From positions 124,001 to 180,198 of the forward strand of contig JBFLGF010000003.1 of the NCBI GenBank assembly GCA_050230475.1: a stretch of 56,198 nt of DNA, given 5' to 3'. Position numbers and translations under genes: made by a program. The notes beneath the pieces are model-generated. The model was not told where the DNA came from. It saw nothing but the letters and a program-made list of their open reading frames with translations, and did no database searches. How positions within the stretch are numbered: the stretch's first letter is position 1; each line of letters starts with the position of its first letter. This document shows, piece by piece, positions 34,724-48,015 of this stretch. This DNA is from Ancylonema sp. (taxonomy: Eukaryota).

Positions 34724-37549
34724 ATGGTGTTATCTGCGGAGCAGCCCATCAAGGAGACGTGGGAGAAACCCCCTCTATCAGACAAGGATTTCTGGCCTCT
34801 GACGAGAACCACGCAACAGCCAGATTACGGTGCAGATCACAAGGCGGGGATATCAGAGCAGACGGAGCCCAATGCTGCCAGTGCCACTCGTCCTCGTCCT
34901 CGTCCTCGTCAGTCAACTGGTCATCTGCCGGCAGTGCCGCCGCCAACAGTAGGACTGGCGCTTGACTGGAGCGGCAGGTTTGCGGGTGTCGCCCGTGGCA
35001 GAACCAAGATACCAAGGTACGTTTTGTCTGCAATGCGCCCGAAGTTGTCTGAAATGCGCCGTAGAATTGAAGGAGGGCGCCAAGCTTTACATTTTGCCAT
35101 AAAAGGACTGATCAACGGCAGAAGCAGGTCAGTGCAATCATGTTCCATGTACGACCTCACCATGTGGAGCCAGTCTCCGCCCCCTGGGAGAACGTGTCCT
35201 GGCTTGCTGGAGCTCGACAGTTTTGATGACAGGCGCTAATCAATGAGTGTTAGTGCGGAGGAGAAGGCTCAGATATTCGTCATGCCTGGCATGAAGTCTT
35301 ATTCATATGTCACCGTCGAGGGCGCCGTTGTTCCTTGCTTGTCAATGACGGTCCTGCGATGCGCCTCATCGCAGTAATAATTATATTGAAGCACCACTTT
35401 ACTGCGTTTGACGGCCTATTTCTCCGTCTCATAGAATCAGAATTGAGTCCTTCACTCGCCTCTTGTATATTCACCGTGATGGGTGTCGTTTCCTGATGAC
35501 GATAGCGCTGCACTATCGGTACGATGCGACCACTCCAAAGACAATTATGCGGCTAGTACCAAGGATAATCTCAAAGTAGACCAATTTCTCCCAGTAGCAG
35601 CCCAATCCGCACCGATGCGGGCGGGACCTACCCGTGAGCGACGCTATTCTTCGCGCATCGATGGCTTCGAATGGTCAATGCCCACCCCGTTGCCTCGGAC
35701 ACCTAAATCCAAGAATGGTCCCTGGGTCACCAGAGTCTGCCCCTTACAACCGTGTCTCTGCCTGGCAGCCGGATTTGTGCTCGCCACATTCCTATTCTTT
35801 GGCACCCGGTACTTCCAAGGGCAGTCGCACATTTCAGCGAACAAAAGTGAGGACACGTCATATCTGGGAGAAACCGGGGCGGGATTCCAACATGCGGCCG
35901 AAGTTATCAAGAACCGTCCGCTTGAAGGGACGGACAACGAGAGATACGAGGAGTCCTCTCATGGAACGAAAACGAATTATGACGACATGCACCGCCTCGG
36001 TGGCGACATGGCACGTGGCAAAAGGGCAGTCGGGAAGTCCGAGGAGCAAATGGAAGTGATATCACATTCTGGGGTTCAGGGCAGAGAAACGGATTCTATG
36101 GGATCCCGTATGGCAGGAAGCCATGCAACGCGTGGAAATAATGCAACGATCGAAGACGACGTGGAGGCGGTTTCTGGTCTGGCAGCGAGTGGCCAGAGAA
36201 GTGACGTGTCAGAGCTCAAAGTTGGGGGGGCAGTAAGGACAGGCGAGCCGTCAGAGGAGAGGCTTAGGGATGTGGCAGAGAGGATGTCTGGGGGAACTAG
36301 GAAGGGAGGTGCACGGTTGCCAGATTGGAAGGGGTTGGGTGTGGAAGATTTGGATCGCAGTGGGGCTGCAGTTTCGGGCCCGGGGCTGGAAGGGAGGGCG
36401 CATGGCAGAAGCGGCATGCCTGGAGCTGGTGAGATGGGCGGGTATGATGAGGTGGCGCATACAACGACGTTCTCGACTGTAGATTTGAACACAAAACCTG
36501 AGGACCACATCCTTGTACAAAACGATGCAGAAAAATCGCGGGGGCGCAAAGTGGAGGGCAGTGGTCGGAGGGGGGCAGGGGGTTTAGGGGGAGGGGAGGG
36601 GGACGGAGAAGGTGTGGTGCGGAAATCAGAAACTTTGGACAGTGTGTGGGAAAGGTTTTTGGATAGACATCCAGAAACGATGGGCAAGGCGTCTATGAAG
36701 GAAGGGCAAGGGGAGGATGCACACATCAGTTTAGACGCCATTTGGGACAAACATTTTTCAAAACCAAGGGCCGGGGGGGGCGGCGAAGAGAGAGGACCTG
36801 GTCGGATTGGGAGGCTGAAGGACCCAAACGGCGACGGTACCAGGAGAGAGCTGGAACTGATTTGGGATAAGCACTTCAAGGGGCTAGGGCAGGAAGAGGA
36901 GGGTGAGCTGGGAGGAGGGCGGACAGAAGGACGGGGGGAGCGCCCCAGGAGAAGGGGGAGCCGTGGAATTCACAGGGGGGAAGTTGTATCTGCAGAGAGA
37001 AGGGGGGGGGCGCATGAGAAGTTGAGGAAGGAGGGAGGGGGGGGGGGTGAGCAGATGAGGGAAGGGGGGGAGATGGAGGACAGGCTGGCAGGTAGGGGGG
37101 AGGGATTTGAAGCCCGTCCGCTGCAGAGGCAACAGAAAAAGGTCGGGAAGAGTAGAGAGGATGGGGATGCTGGAGGGGGTGGGTGGTTGAAGAGGGAGCG
37201 GTTGGGAGAGGGTGGGCTGGGAGGTGACACTACTCCAGATGACCAAAGGGGAGGCAGGCTGGAGGATACGGTGGGAAGGGGAGGGGATGAGGGGATGGGG
37301 GCAGCAGCTGGCCAAGCAAGGGAGGAGCTGGGGGCAAATCGTCGCACACGGAAACGTGCAAAGAGGCGGCAAGTGAGGATGGGGAATAGGAGAGGGGAGG
37401 TAGAGGTGGGGAGCAGCTACAGTGGTAAGAGTAGCAGTCTTGGAGGTAAGAGTAGTAGTCTTGGAGTGCGAGGAGAGGGGGTGGACGGTGCTGGACTAGT
37501 TGTGGATTCGGGATTTAGGAGTAGGGACTTTGGTGGGCCTGAGGATTGA
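34724..37549 (+). CDS. Hypothetical single-pass (type II-like) membrane protein with long Gly/Glu/Arg-rich disordered region; ~778 aa in a 2-exon model
   Basis: 688-codon open frame 35483-37549; hydrophobic CLCLAAGFVLATFLFFG; exon 1 34724-35016 (donor AG/GTACGT) joins acceptor TAG/35506 in phase; three L-x-x-[IV]-W-[DE]-[KR] motifs. Additional 3' exons cannot be excluded. Confidence 0.6.
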
Positions 37550-37593
37550 GTGGGAATGCCCCTCAATCAATCCCTCAATAAATCCCCCAATCC

Positions 37594-37653
<60 letters not shown>

Positions 37654-37736
37654 ATCGATCGATCAATCGATCAATCAATCGATCAATCAATCAAGCAATC
37701 AAGCAATCAAGCAATCAATCAGTCAATCGATCAATC
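37594..37736 (+). repeat. (atca/atcg)n microsatellite
   Basis: Direct reading; absent from duplicate unit 2. Confidence 0.9.
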
Positions 37737-39123
37737 ATAAAGAAAGGGCAAGCTAAGGCAAGGCAGATGGAAGCCCGCCGATAAAGATGTGTTGGCAGAA
37801 TTGGAGGAAATAATGTCATATCAATCTCAAGAGTCTTTCATGGAAGGGCATGGAGTGCTCGATATTCATGTGTGTTTGTTCGAGACAATTTGGAATCCAA
37901 TGTTGGCATAGGCTATTTGAATTTGTTGAATAGACGTGACACTCATTTTGTATTGTGTGTGCTTTCTTTTGGAGGGCTACAAATCTCTCGTCAACATTTG
38001 GATGTACAAAATGTGTTGCCTCTCCTTCAAATGCGAGGCGATGGTTGATTTCCATGTTATGAGTCGATAGAGGTGCAGTTCATTACGAGGGTGACGAGAC
38101 CCACATGATTGCGCGATCGTCTTATTAGGATAACTCTTCGATAAATGTTGGTTTGCCATCTGTAATGAATGATCGTACTTCAAGCGCTGAGTATGTGTGC
38201 TAATTGCTTGCCATTTAGAAATTGCTACCCTCTCCCAGGTTTCAAATGCATGATGACTGGTTTTGCTCTTACTGTATTTTGATAGTACTCTCTCATTGCT
38301 TTCCCATGGCGTGCTCTCTTGTACAATGTCACTTCGGACAAGCAGATCCATTCATAAGGCACAAGTGTTAAGCAATGACATTTATCTTTTGGTCCACACA
38401 AGATCGGCCGCTGTGAACGATGTTCAAGTGTTTTTCCCTCTCTTTGGTGATAGGGTGTCATCGCAACCTATTTGATAGCATTAGTATTTTTTGAGCATTT
38501 AACTTTGTCTGCTCCACAGTCAACAATTTCCCTACTCCTTGTGCTAGCTATAGCTCCCCCCCCTCTTGTCCATTGCCATGACCTTCTATGACCTCCTTGT
38601 TCACTCTACTATTGGATCGGACCCTTGCACTTCGCCGGCGCTCTTTTGAAGTGCTTGCATGTCAGTCTGACATGCTGGGCTCAACAAGTTGTGGCTATGA
38701 CTTGTCATTGACGCTTCTTGAGTCTTTTCAAGCATGTAGTACGAGAACTGATCCTCCCTAAGCCCAAGATCGGGCCCTTGTAGTACCACAAATACAATCA
38801 TGCCTTGACTCGGAACCCAAGGATAACTCCAGCTCTCGCATAGCTCTTGTTGCGTGTTAGTTGGCAGAAATTACATAAATTATCTTAGCCCTAACCACTA
38901 GCATTATGCGTCCAGATTTTATTTGAAGGCAAACGACCACTTGCCACGGCCATACATATCGTCGTAGTGTGCTCAATCAAAGTCGAATATTACTAAAATA
39001 TTTCTTGGGTTGTCGGCACAACTATGGATTTCGGTTGTCATTTGTTCTTTATTTGGCTCCGTTTGTAAGAGATTGTTAATGTATTCTACCTTCCGCATCT
39101 TATCTCAATATCTTCAGAAGGTG

Positions 39124-39184
39124 TTATTATTATTATTATTATTATTGTTATTATTATTATTATTAATATTGATATTAATATTAT
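39124..39184 (+). repeat. (tta)n microsatellite
   Basis: Direct reading; much shorter in unit 2 (~44147). Confidence 0.85.
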
Positions 39185-39969
39185 TCTTACTTAGCTCCTC
39201 TTTAATGGAAAATGATGCTCGATTCTGGAGTCAATCCTATATATCTCTGAATCGCAAGTGTTGAGTCTGGCGAGAAAAACACAATGACATACTTGCGGTG
39301 CCAATTAGATCTTTAGTAATAAGATCTTGGATTTTGCCGTTGCATGTATACATGGGGGGACTTGATCCGGATTGTTTCAGCTTTGATTTGATCAATCACG
39401 CACGTATATAACTCCCTAGGCAAGGTTTTCCTAACAACCGGCCACCAACTTAGGTAAGACCTCGTCCAAAAGTGTGCGTTACGTCGACAGAGTATGGGCG
39501 AGGGAGCCTATGTGGCACATTCTATACAATCGATCCTTATCACGACCTTCTATGGTCAAACACAACAGGGCAAGAAAGGCCAACGTGACTTGTTCTATGC
39601 AACCATGATCACACCAAAACCTTTCAACCAAGTGCTTAGTGTAGTGACAATTTCACTTCGGACCAACGGACCAACCATCAGCTCGCTCCGCAAATCAATG
39701 CATTAGACGTGCTAGTCATGCCACTTGTCTGAAGTCGGAAACCAGTGTGCCAATCTTCTCCCGTTATGCGTCACTCACCATTGTAGGAGAACGAACACCA
39801 AGCGGTTGCACAAGTCCGTTTTATAATGGCACTACTACTCACCGTGCGATACTGCCTTCACACATGTCATCCGATGTGGCCTCGCAGCCTTGCACTCAGC
39901 AGACATGACATTCACACATCAAAGTATCCAATTCCACCGCCTTCCTTTGCTCGCCATTGCCTTCATGCA

Positions 39970-42900
39970 CTACACCACCACTTGTCGAACGCTCTGAGCC
40001 ACAGATCCAATCATGACCTGCCACATCAGCCCCAAGAAATATGAGCATCACACAGCCGTGCCTGCGCTTCCACCCTCCCCCCATCTGCCCTCCGAACGGA
40101 GGACCGGGTGGCATCCATCCATGCAAGGACCGGGTCCTCACCCTTCTATCGTACGATATCGACGCAAACATCCACGGATCCCTCAAACTCCAGCCGATAC
40201 CTGAACCCGACCACACGCGAGTGCGTCAACACATCTCCCACTCCACACAACCGGAGTGCCCAACCCGGTTACCATAAACGCTGTCCTCATGCTCCATGAA
40301 GGTCTGCACCGGCTCTTCTAGAGGGCTCTTGGGCGAGGCCCCCACCTTCATCGATCCTCTCACCTCCCCCGCACCCACCGCTGGCGTGTGGCTCCTGTCT
40401 TCCGCCTTTGGCACGCGCCACACATTCACTACGCTGTCGGTGCCAGAGCTCTGAGAGGATAAGAGGTGGGTCGGTGGGTGGGGTTGGGGTGGGGTGGGGT
40501 GTTGTTAGGAATTGTACCAAAATGAGTGAGTCGTAGTGAGGGTTGTAGCGCGCTCTCCAACCCCTGAACATATCCCACGGACAGAGGCACACTCAGCCTT
40601 GCGCCCTGTTGGTGTATGTACATAACGAGAGTGAGGGGGGTACCAATGGGAATGCCCCTTCAGCTCCATGAGAGGACTGCTCAAACTGCGCAGATCCCAG
40701 ATCCGAACTCTAGAATCGTCCCCCGCAGTAATCTGAAGGGATGGGAAACCGACACAGAGTGCTCAGTCGGGTGTTGTGGTGGCAGGATGGTGGGAGGTAG
40801 GAGGGGGGTGGTTCACCAGAACATGCTGCTGGCAGGGGTTGAAGTCGATGTCGCGGACCTGAATGCGGAGCGCTTCGCCAGACGACATGGTGGGTCTGGG
40901 AGGGTGAAAACATAAAATTAATACTTATATACTTACACTTCTCCCTCTCGGCTTTCTCCGGTACCGTTCTGGCAGACCCAGTGACCCCATCTGTCGTTCT
41001 TTCGCCGCCTGTGTGCAGCAACCCTTAGTGAAATCTCCACTCGTAGTTGAAACATTTTTTCAAAACAAGAATGATGTGGCTCCTGGGGACCTTGAGGAGC
41101 AGAGTGCCTGTCTCTTACAGTAAGTACAGGCCTAGGTGTAGGCGTAGGTTCTGTATACCGAATGAGAGCTCACTTCAGTGTGCGCAGGTCCCAGCAGGTG
41201 AAGGCCGTATCGCTACCTGTGGCCACGTTGTGGACCGAGTGTGGGTCCCACCGCCCGCAGCCAAGCTGCTCAAGCTCCCCACCATTCGCCTGAGCCTGAA
41301 CCTGCACACCGCAGCATCCTGGATTCTTCAAATAAAGTATCGTCAGGCGAGGAAGCTATGGGCGATGGTGGCCGTGTCCATGGGTTCAGGGTCTGCGTTT
41401 GGAACTGGTTGGGTCTGGATGTTCTTGGAACGCATTTGGAAATATGGAAATTTGAAAGGGGACGGTCTGGTTCGAGAACTCGGATTTGAATAACGTATAC
41501 ATTTTTTCATTTCAGTTTTATTTTTATTTTTTAATTCCCGCACAACCTAAAGTTCTGGTCATGATGTGGACTGTCTGATATATATATGTGTACAGATGCA
41601 ATGTGGAATGGGTTCGATATTGCCACCTTCTATCTCAGATGCAGCCCTGTGAACGCATATGTACATTAATCAGAAACCCTAAAAAAGAGTTTGGGGAGGT
41701 TTCAGCGAGCATTTGGGCACAAACGAGTTTGAATGCTACCCATAAGCGTAGAATTCGGACACATAAACGTGCACACATGCACCACACTCCACACCCGTGG
41801 CGCTTCCAGGATTTGCGACAGAAAGGTACGGGTGCCACATGGACGTCTTTGTCTGATGGTCCTCACTTTTTGTTCTTCGATGTCCCACAGGCTCAGTCCG
41901 TCTCGGTCCACGCTGATGACTTCAGGAAGCTTCCCTCCCGGGTGCCACAAAACACTGCACCCAACACCCACACTCACTAAACATCTCACTCGCTGGTCGC
42001 TTCCTGCATCAGAAAGCGACCGCAGTGATAGCAGAGATTATTACGCGGATTCTTACTCCCCCTCGTGTTGTTGAATGCTTGACTGGTTGAATGAGGTGAT
42101 GCAGGGATGAGTCGCTCCATGGTTTGAGGATAGCGTGACAGCAGAGAGTGGAATGATGTGGAAATGCGAGGAGGTCTGACCACTTGATCGGAGCGTCCAG
42201 TCCTTTGAGTTGCGTCACTTCCTCTAACTTGGGAGGGGACAAGCTACGAGCTGGTGGGGGTTTGCTAGGGATCCGCCAGATGGCGGCATTGAATTCACCA
42301 GCTGCAAAAGTGGATTGAGGGAAGAGTATAAGGCGATCAGATTTGCAAGAAGAAGAGAGCAATGGGAAGGCGTATGCATATGCGTATGCGACCAGGAGTA
42401 GCTTGAGGCTATGCGGTCTGTGTGAGCTGGAAGGAGATTGCAGACCTGAGCAGTAAACGGTGGATAGGAGGCGGGAGTCGTAAGGACAGGAGGCAAGGTC
42501 CCAGATCTCATGCTGATGAGAGTACAGCCCTTCACAACTGATGTCATGGTTCCCTTCCTTGTACTGAATCACGTGGATCTGGAAGGAAGGCAGCCCGGAA
42601 TATTGGGACTTTTGACGCTTATGTTTTCCTGCGATCGATTCTTTAGTATGATGAAACTGGATAGTTTATAAAGGATCGACCTGGCGCAGCAACTAAAGTG
42701 TACTTGCCTTTTAGTGCGGACTTGGCATGGGAGTCGAGACAAATGCAGCATCGCTGGCATGCCAGAAGGCGAACTGAAGTATAAAATAAACTGGAGGAAG
42801 AATAGACAATCTGATCGAGAGGTGATTGAAGAAAATTGTATCACCTCGTTCTCCTCGCGGAGACTCAGTGTCCCGACAAGAAAACGAGATTCGTCTCCTT

Positions 42901-43137
42901 CACTGTTCTGCGCTACCAGGCAGCGCGCCTGCAAGTAGGAGTATGCGACAGTGAGCGTCTCGTGTGTGCGGGTGAAGGCAAATGGTAAGCGATTTTGCCT
43001 GAGGACTGTGGGAAGAGTGTCTGGATAGAAGTGAGGGATCTGAACTCTATTCCTGCATTACTCAGGAGTGCATAGGTCCCAAGGCTTACTTGATACTTTA
43101 GACCGTAACTCTTGGCATCACTCTGTGGTGCAAACAT
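39970..43137 (-). CDS. DWA2: WD40 protein DWA2 / EIPR1 (TSSC1) homolog, copy 1; 12 exons, 366 aa
   Basis: Exons 43137-43090, 42928-42845, 42578-42446, 42301-42181, 41954-41867, 41301-41174, 40895-40817, 40732-40644, 40563-40518, 40450-40273, 40200-40142, 40017-39970 (1101 nt). YGLKYQARC, FLVGTLSLREENE, HEIWDLASCP, WDPH, GHSHW, EHEDSVYG..WS..DPW.FAS.SYD. Confidence 0.92.
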
Positions 43138-43520
43138 TGCGCCACCTGAATCCGCGTGGACTGTGCGAATGACTGCGAATGCGAGTGACTGGCTGCAGAA
43201 CTGCGTCCTTGCAGGTCTCGAGAAATCCTACCTACCGCAAGGACCTGGGGGGTAGGGCGGTGCAGGACTAGTTGTGGATTCGGGGTTCAGGAGCGGGGGC
43301 TTCAGTGGGCCTCAGGATTGATTGGGAATGCCGACGAGGATGTGTCGGCGGAATTGGAGGAAACTTAAGTGTTGTTCCCTCTCTTTGGTGATAGGGTGCC
43401 ATCGCAACCTGCCTCATAGCATTAGTATTCTTTGAGTATTTGACTTTATCTGCTCTGTAGTCAATAATTTCTCTACTCCTTCTGCTAGGTATGGCGGCCC
43501 CCCCTCTCGTCCATTGCCAT

Positions 43521-43612
43521 GACCTTCTATCACCTTCTATCACCTTCTATCACCTTCTATCACCTTCCATGACCTTCCATGACCCTCTATGACCTTCTAT
43601 GACCTTCTATAA
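43521..43612 (+). repeat. Decamer minisatellite (g/c)accttctat ~9 copies
   Basis: Direct reading; only ~1.5 units at the homologous site 38580. Confidence 0.85.
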
Positions 43613-44952
43613 CTTTCTTGGTCACTCTACTATTGGATCGGTCCCAAGCACTTCGCCGGCGCTCTTTTGAAGTGCGTGCATGTCAGTTTGAGGTCCAAGA
43701 TGGGCTCGGCAAGCTTTGGCTATGACTTGTCAATGACGCTTCTTGAGTCTTTTTAAGCATGTAACACAATAATTGATCGTCCCTCAGCCCAAGATTGGGC
43801 CCTTGTAGTACCACAAATACGGCCACGCCTTGACCCGAAACCCAAAAATAAATCTAGCTCTCCCATAGCCCTTGTTGCATGTTATCTGACAGATATTAAC
43901 TACAGTACCTCAGCCCCAACCACTAGCATTGTGCGTCCAAATTTCAAACGACCACTTGCCACGGCCATACATATCGTCCCATTCGTTTAGTGTGCTCAAT
44001 CAAAGTTGAACAATACTAAAACATTGCTCGGGTTGTTAGCATAGCTATGGATTTTGGTCATCGTTTGTTATTTATTTGGCTCCGTTTGTAAGGGATTGTT
44101 AATGTCTTCCACCTTTCGCATCTTACCTCTATATCTTCAGAAGGTGTTATTATTAATATGAATAATATTGATGTTCGAACTTAGCTCCTCTTCAATGGAA
44201 AGTGAAGCTCTATTCTGGAGTCAATCTTATATATCTCTGAATCGCAAGTGTTGAGTCTTGCAACAAAAACACGATGACATACTAGTGCCAATTAGATCTT
44301 TAGTGATAGGATCTTGGATTTTGTCGTTGCGTGTACACATGGGGGACCTTAATCCGGATTGCTTCCGCTTTGATTCGATAAATCGTACAAGTACACGACT
44401 CCCTAGCCAAGGTTTTCCTAACATTCGGCCACTACCTTATATAAGACCTCGTCCAAAAGTGTGCGTTGCGTTCGACAGAGTATGGGCGAGGGAGCCTATG
44501 TGGCACATTCTAAACAATCGATCCTCATCACGACCGTCATTGGTCAAACGCAACAGGGCAAGAAAGGCCAGCGTGACTTGTTCTGTGCAACCATGATGAC
44601 GCCACAACCTTTCAACCAAGTGCTTCGTGCAGCGACAATTTCACTTCGGACTGGCGAACCATCAGCCCCCTCCACAATCAATGCGTCAGACGTGCTCGTC
44701 ATGCCACCTGTCCGAGGTCGGCAACCAGTGTGCCTCTCTTCTCCCCTTGTGCGTCACTCACCATCGTAGGGGACCGAACACCGAGCAATTGCACGACTCT
44801 CTTTTATAACGGCACTACCACTCACCGTGCGATACTGTGTTCACATTTGTCATCTCATGTGGCCTCACAGCTTCGCACTCAACAGACATGACATTCACAC
44901 ATCGAAGCATCCAATCCCTCCGCCTTTCTTTGCTTGCCATTGCCTTGATGCA

Positions 44953-47484
44953 CTACACCACCACTGCGTGTCGCACGCTTTGAGCCACTGATCCAATCAT
45001 GACCTGCAACATCAGCCCCAAGAAAGATGAGCATCCCACCCATCCCATCCCCGCCAGCACTTCCACCCTCCCCCCATCTGCCCTCCAATTGGAGTCCTCA
45101 CCCTTCCATCGTACGATATCGACGCAAACATCCACGGATCATTCAGACTCCAACCAATACCTGAACCCCACCACACGCGAGTGCGTCAACACATCTCCCA
45201 CTCCACACAACCGGGTAGCCCAACCCGGGTACCGTAAACGCTGTCCTCATGCTCCATGAAGGTCTGCGCCGGGTCTTCTAGAAGGCTCTTGGGCGACACC
45301 CCCACTCTCATCGACCCTTTTGCATCCCCCGCATCCTCCGCTGGCGTGTGGCTCCTGTCTTCCGCCCTCGATACGTGCCACAGGTTCACTGCGCTGTCCG
45401 TGCCAGAGCTCTGGGAGGAAGAGAGGTGGATGGGTGGGTGGGTGGGGTTAGGGTGGGGTGGGGTTGGGGGTGGGGTGTTGTTCGGAATCGTACCAAAATG
45501 AGTGAGTCGTAGTGAGGGTTGTAGCGCGCTCGCCAACCCCTGAACACACCCCACGGACAGAGGCACACACAGTCAGAGCTGCGCCCTGCTGGTGTGTGTC
45601 CATGTGGGGAGGGAGAGGAGCACCAGTGAGAGTGCCCCTTCAGCTCCATGAGAGGGCTGCTCAGACTGCGCAGATCCCACATCCGAACTCGCGAATCGTC
45701 CCCCGCAGTGATCTGGCACCAGGACCAGATGATGTCTGAGGCAGAGGTGAATGGTGTGGTGTGGTGGCGGGAGGGGGGTGGGGGGTGGGTGGTGGGTGGT
45801 CACCACAAAGTGTTGGCGGCGGGGGTTGAAGTCGATGTCGCGGACTTGAGTGCGGAGCGCGTCGCCAGAGGACATGGTGGGTCTGGGAGGGTGGAAGCAT
45901 AAAAATGATACTTAGTTGCTAACACTTCAGCCTCTTCTCTCTCCTCTCCCGTCGTGGCGGACCCATTCACCCCATCTGACATTCAACCGCCCTTGTGCAG
46001 CAACCCTTGGTAAGATCTCCACCCGTAGTTAAAACGATTTTTCAGAACAAAAGTGAAAGGGGGCTCCTGGGGACCTCGAGGAGCTGAGTGCAGGTCTGGG
46101 TCTAGGTCTAGGTCTAGGTCTAGGTTCTCGATGCCGCTAGAGCTGTAGAGCTCACTTGAGCGTGCGCAGGTCCCAGCATGTGAAGGCGGTGTCGCTGCCT
46201 GTGGCCACGTTGTGAACCGAGTGTGGGTCCCACTGCCCGCAACCGAGCTGCTCAAGCTCCCCACCAGAGGCCTGAGCCTGAACCTACACAGCGCAGCATC
46301 CTGCCTTCTTCAAATAAAGTATCTTCTTCTTCAGGTGAGGAAGCTGTGGGCGGTGGTGGCCGAGTCCATGGGTCCAGGGTCTGGATGTTTTTGGGACGCG
46401 TGTGGAAATTTGAAAGGTTTCGAGAACTCGGATTTGAATTCTGTGTATTTTTTCATTTTAAAAAACTTTTTTTTTTTTTTTTTTTCCTCTCGCGCACAAC
46501 CTAAAGTTCTGGTCACGATGTGGACTGCCTGATGTATACGTGTACAGATGTTATGTGAAATGGGTTCGATATTACCACTATCTATCTCAGATTTAGCCCT
46601 GCGAACATGCCTGTGTGAATGCCTGTGTACATTTATCAGAAACCCTAAAAAAGAGTTTGGGGAGATTTTGGCGATCATTTGGGCACAAACGAGTTTGAAT
46701 GCTACTTGTGAGCGTGAGACAAACGTGCACACATGCGTGGCGCTACCATGATTTGCGACAGAAAGGTAGGGGTGCCACATGGCCCTCACTTTTTGTTCCT
46801 CGATGTTCCACAGACTCAGTCCGTCTCGGTCCACGCTGATGACTTCCGGAAGCTTCCCTCCCGGGTGCCACAAAACACTGCACCCAACACCCGCACCCAC
46901 TGGACTCCTCTCACTCGCTCATCGCTGTCTGCGTCAGAAAGCGACCGCAGTGCTAGCAGAGATACGTGGATCCTTACTCTCTCTTGTGTCCTTGACTGGT
47001 TGACTGGTTGACTGAGGTGATGCAGGGATGAGTTGCAGGGGATGCTCTATGGTTTGAGGATAGCTGGACAGCAGAGAAGGCAATGATGTGGAAATGCGAG
47101 GGGGTCTGACCACTTGATCGGAGCCTCCAGTCCTCTGAGTTGCATCACTTCCTCTAACTTCGGAGGCGACGAGCTACGAGCTGGTGGGGGTTTGCTAGGG
47201 ATCCGCCAGATGGCGGCATTGAATTCACCAGCTGCAAAAGTGGATCGAGGGAAGAGGGTAAGGCGATCGGATTTGCACGAAGAAGAGGGCCACGGAAGGC
47301 TGCGTATGCGTGTGCGACCAGGAGTAGCTTCAGGCTATGCGGTCTGTGTGGGCAGACCTGAGCAGTAGACGGTGGAGAGGAGGCGGGAGTCGTAAGGACA
47401 GGAGGCAAGGTCCCAGATCTCGTGCTGATGAGAGTACAGCCCTTCACAACTGATGTCCTGCTTCCCTTCCTTGTACTGAATCAC
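44953..47484 (-). pseudogene. DWA2: DWA2/EIPR1 copy 2, exons 3-12, interrupted in exon 3 by nested transposons
   Basis: Exons collinear with copy 1 and apparently open; homology stops at gtactgaatcac (47484); exons 1-2 are not in the window. Confidence 0.85.
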
Positions 47485-48015
47485 AGCGAGCCGGGCCAGA
47501 TAATTGGCGTAACTTGGCGATAAGTTCGGCCCTGCCCGGCTCGCTCCCAACTCGTCTCGCAAAAGATATAACCCGATCCAACTAGCACTGACGTCGTTCG
47601 AATACTCTGAAGTTCCAGTGCTCGGATCCTCGGACAGATGTGGACGCGTCCGGTTCTGACCGCACGATTTTCCGCTCGATAAATAGAGAGGTATGATTGG
47701 ATGATTAAGTCGAATTCGAAGCGAGCTCGAAGGTCCAAATTGGCCCAGTTGATGCCCCGAACCGGGCCAATTTGGCCGGCGCAACGTTTGCCCGATTACC
47801 CTCGAGTTCGACGTAAATTGGCGAATAGAACTCGAAGCGAACTCGAAGGTCTATATCCTGAACTTTTGCGACCCAGTTGGCCCCGAAACCGGGCGCAATT
47901 CAACCGGGCCAAATTTTGGTCGAGCCGGGCCGGGCTATAACTTATGCTCTTATGTCCTCGATTTTTTCCAGGTAGCCATTTCGCAGAACGCCGGTGGTAA
48001 AACGGAAGAGGTTAT
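47482..48015. mobile_element. End of a probable DNA transposon (CACAG start, CMC/EnSpm-like subterminal repeats)
   Basis: Begins cacagcgagccgggcc at the exon break; 12-bp inverted repeat 47485-47496/47534-47545; repeated ccgggc/gcccgg motifs; direct repeat tcgaagcga(g/a)ctcgaaggtc at 47716 and 47832. Other end not visible. Confidence 0.5.

Larger units (their letters stand above)
37477..47484. repeat. Diverged tandem segmental duplication: unit 1 ~37477-43246, unit 2 ~43247 to at least 47484
   Basis: ggactagttgtggattcggg and collinear intergenic, intron and exon sequence occur in both units with many substitutions and indels. Confidence 0.9.

Noticed and set aside
37816..39900. ORFs partly conserved between duplicate units (e.g. 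MGEGAYVAHS...GKKGQRDLF)
   Set aside because: Similarity is explained by the segmental duplication; frames shift between copies and no family is recognised.
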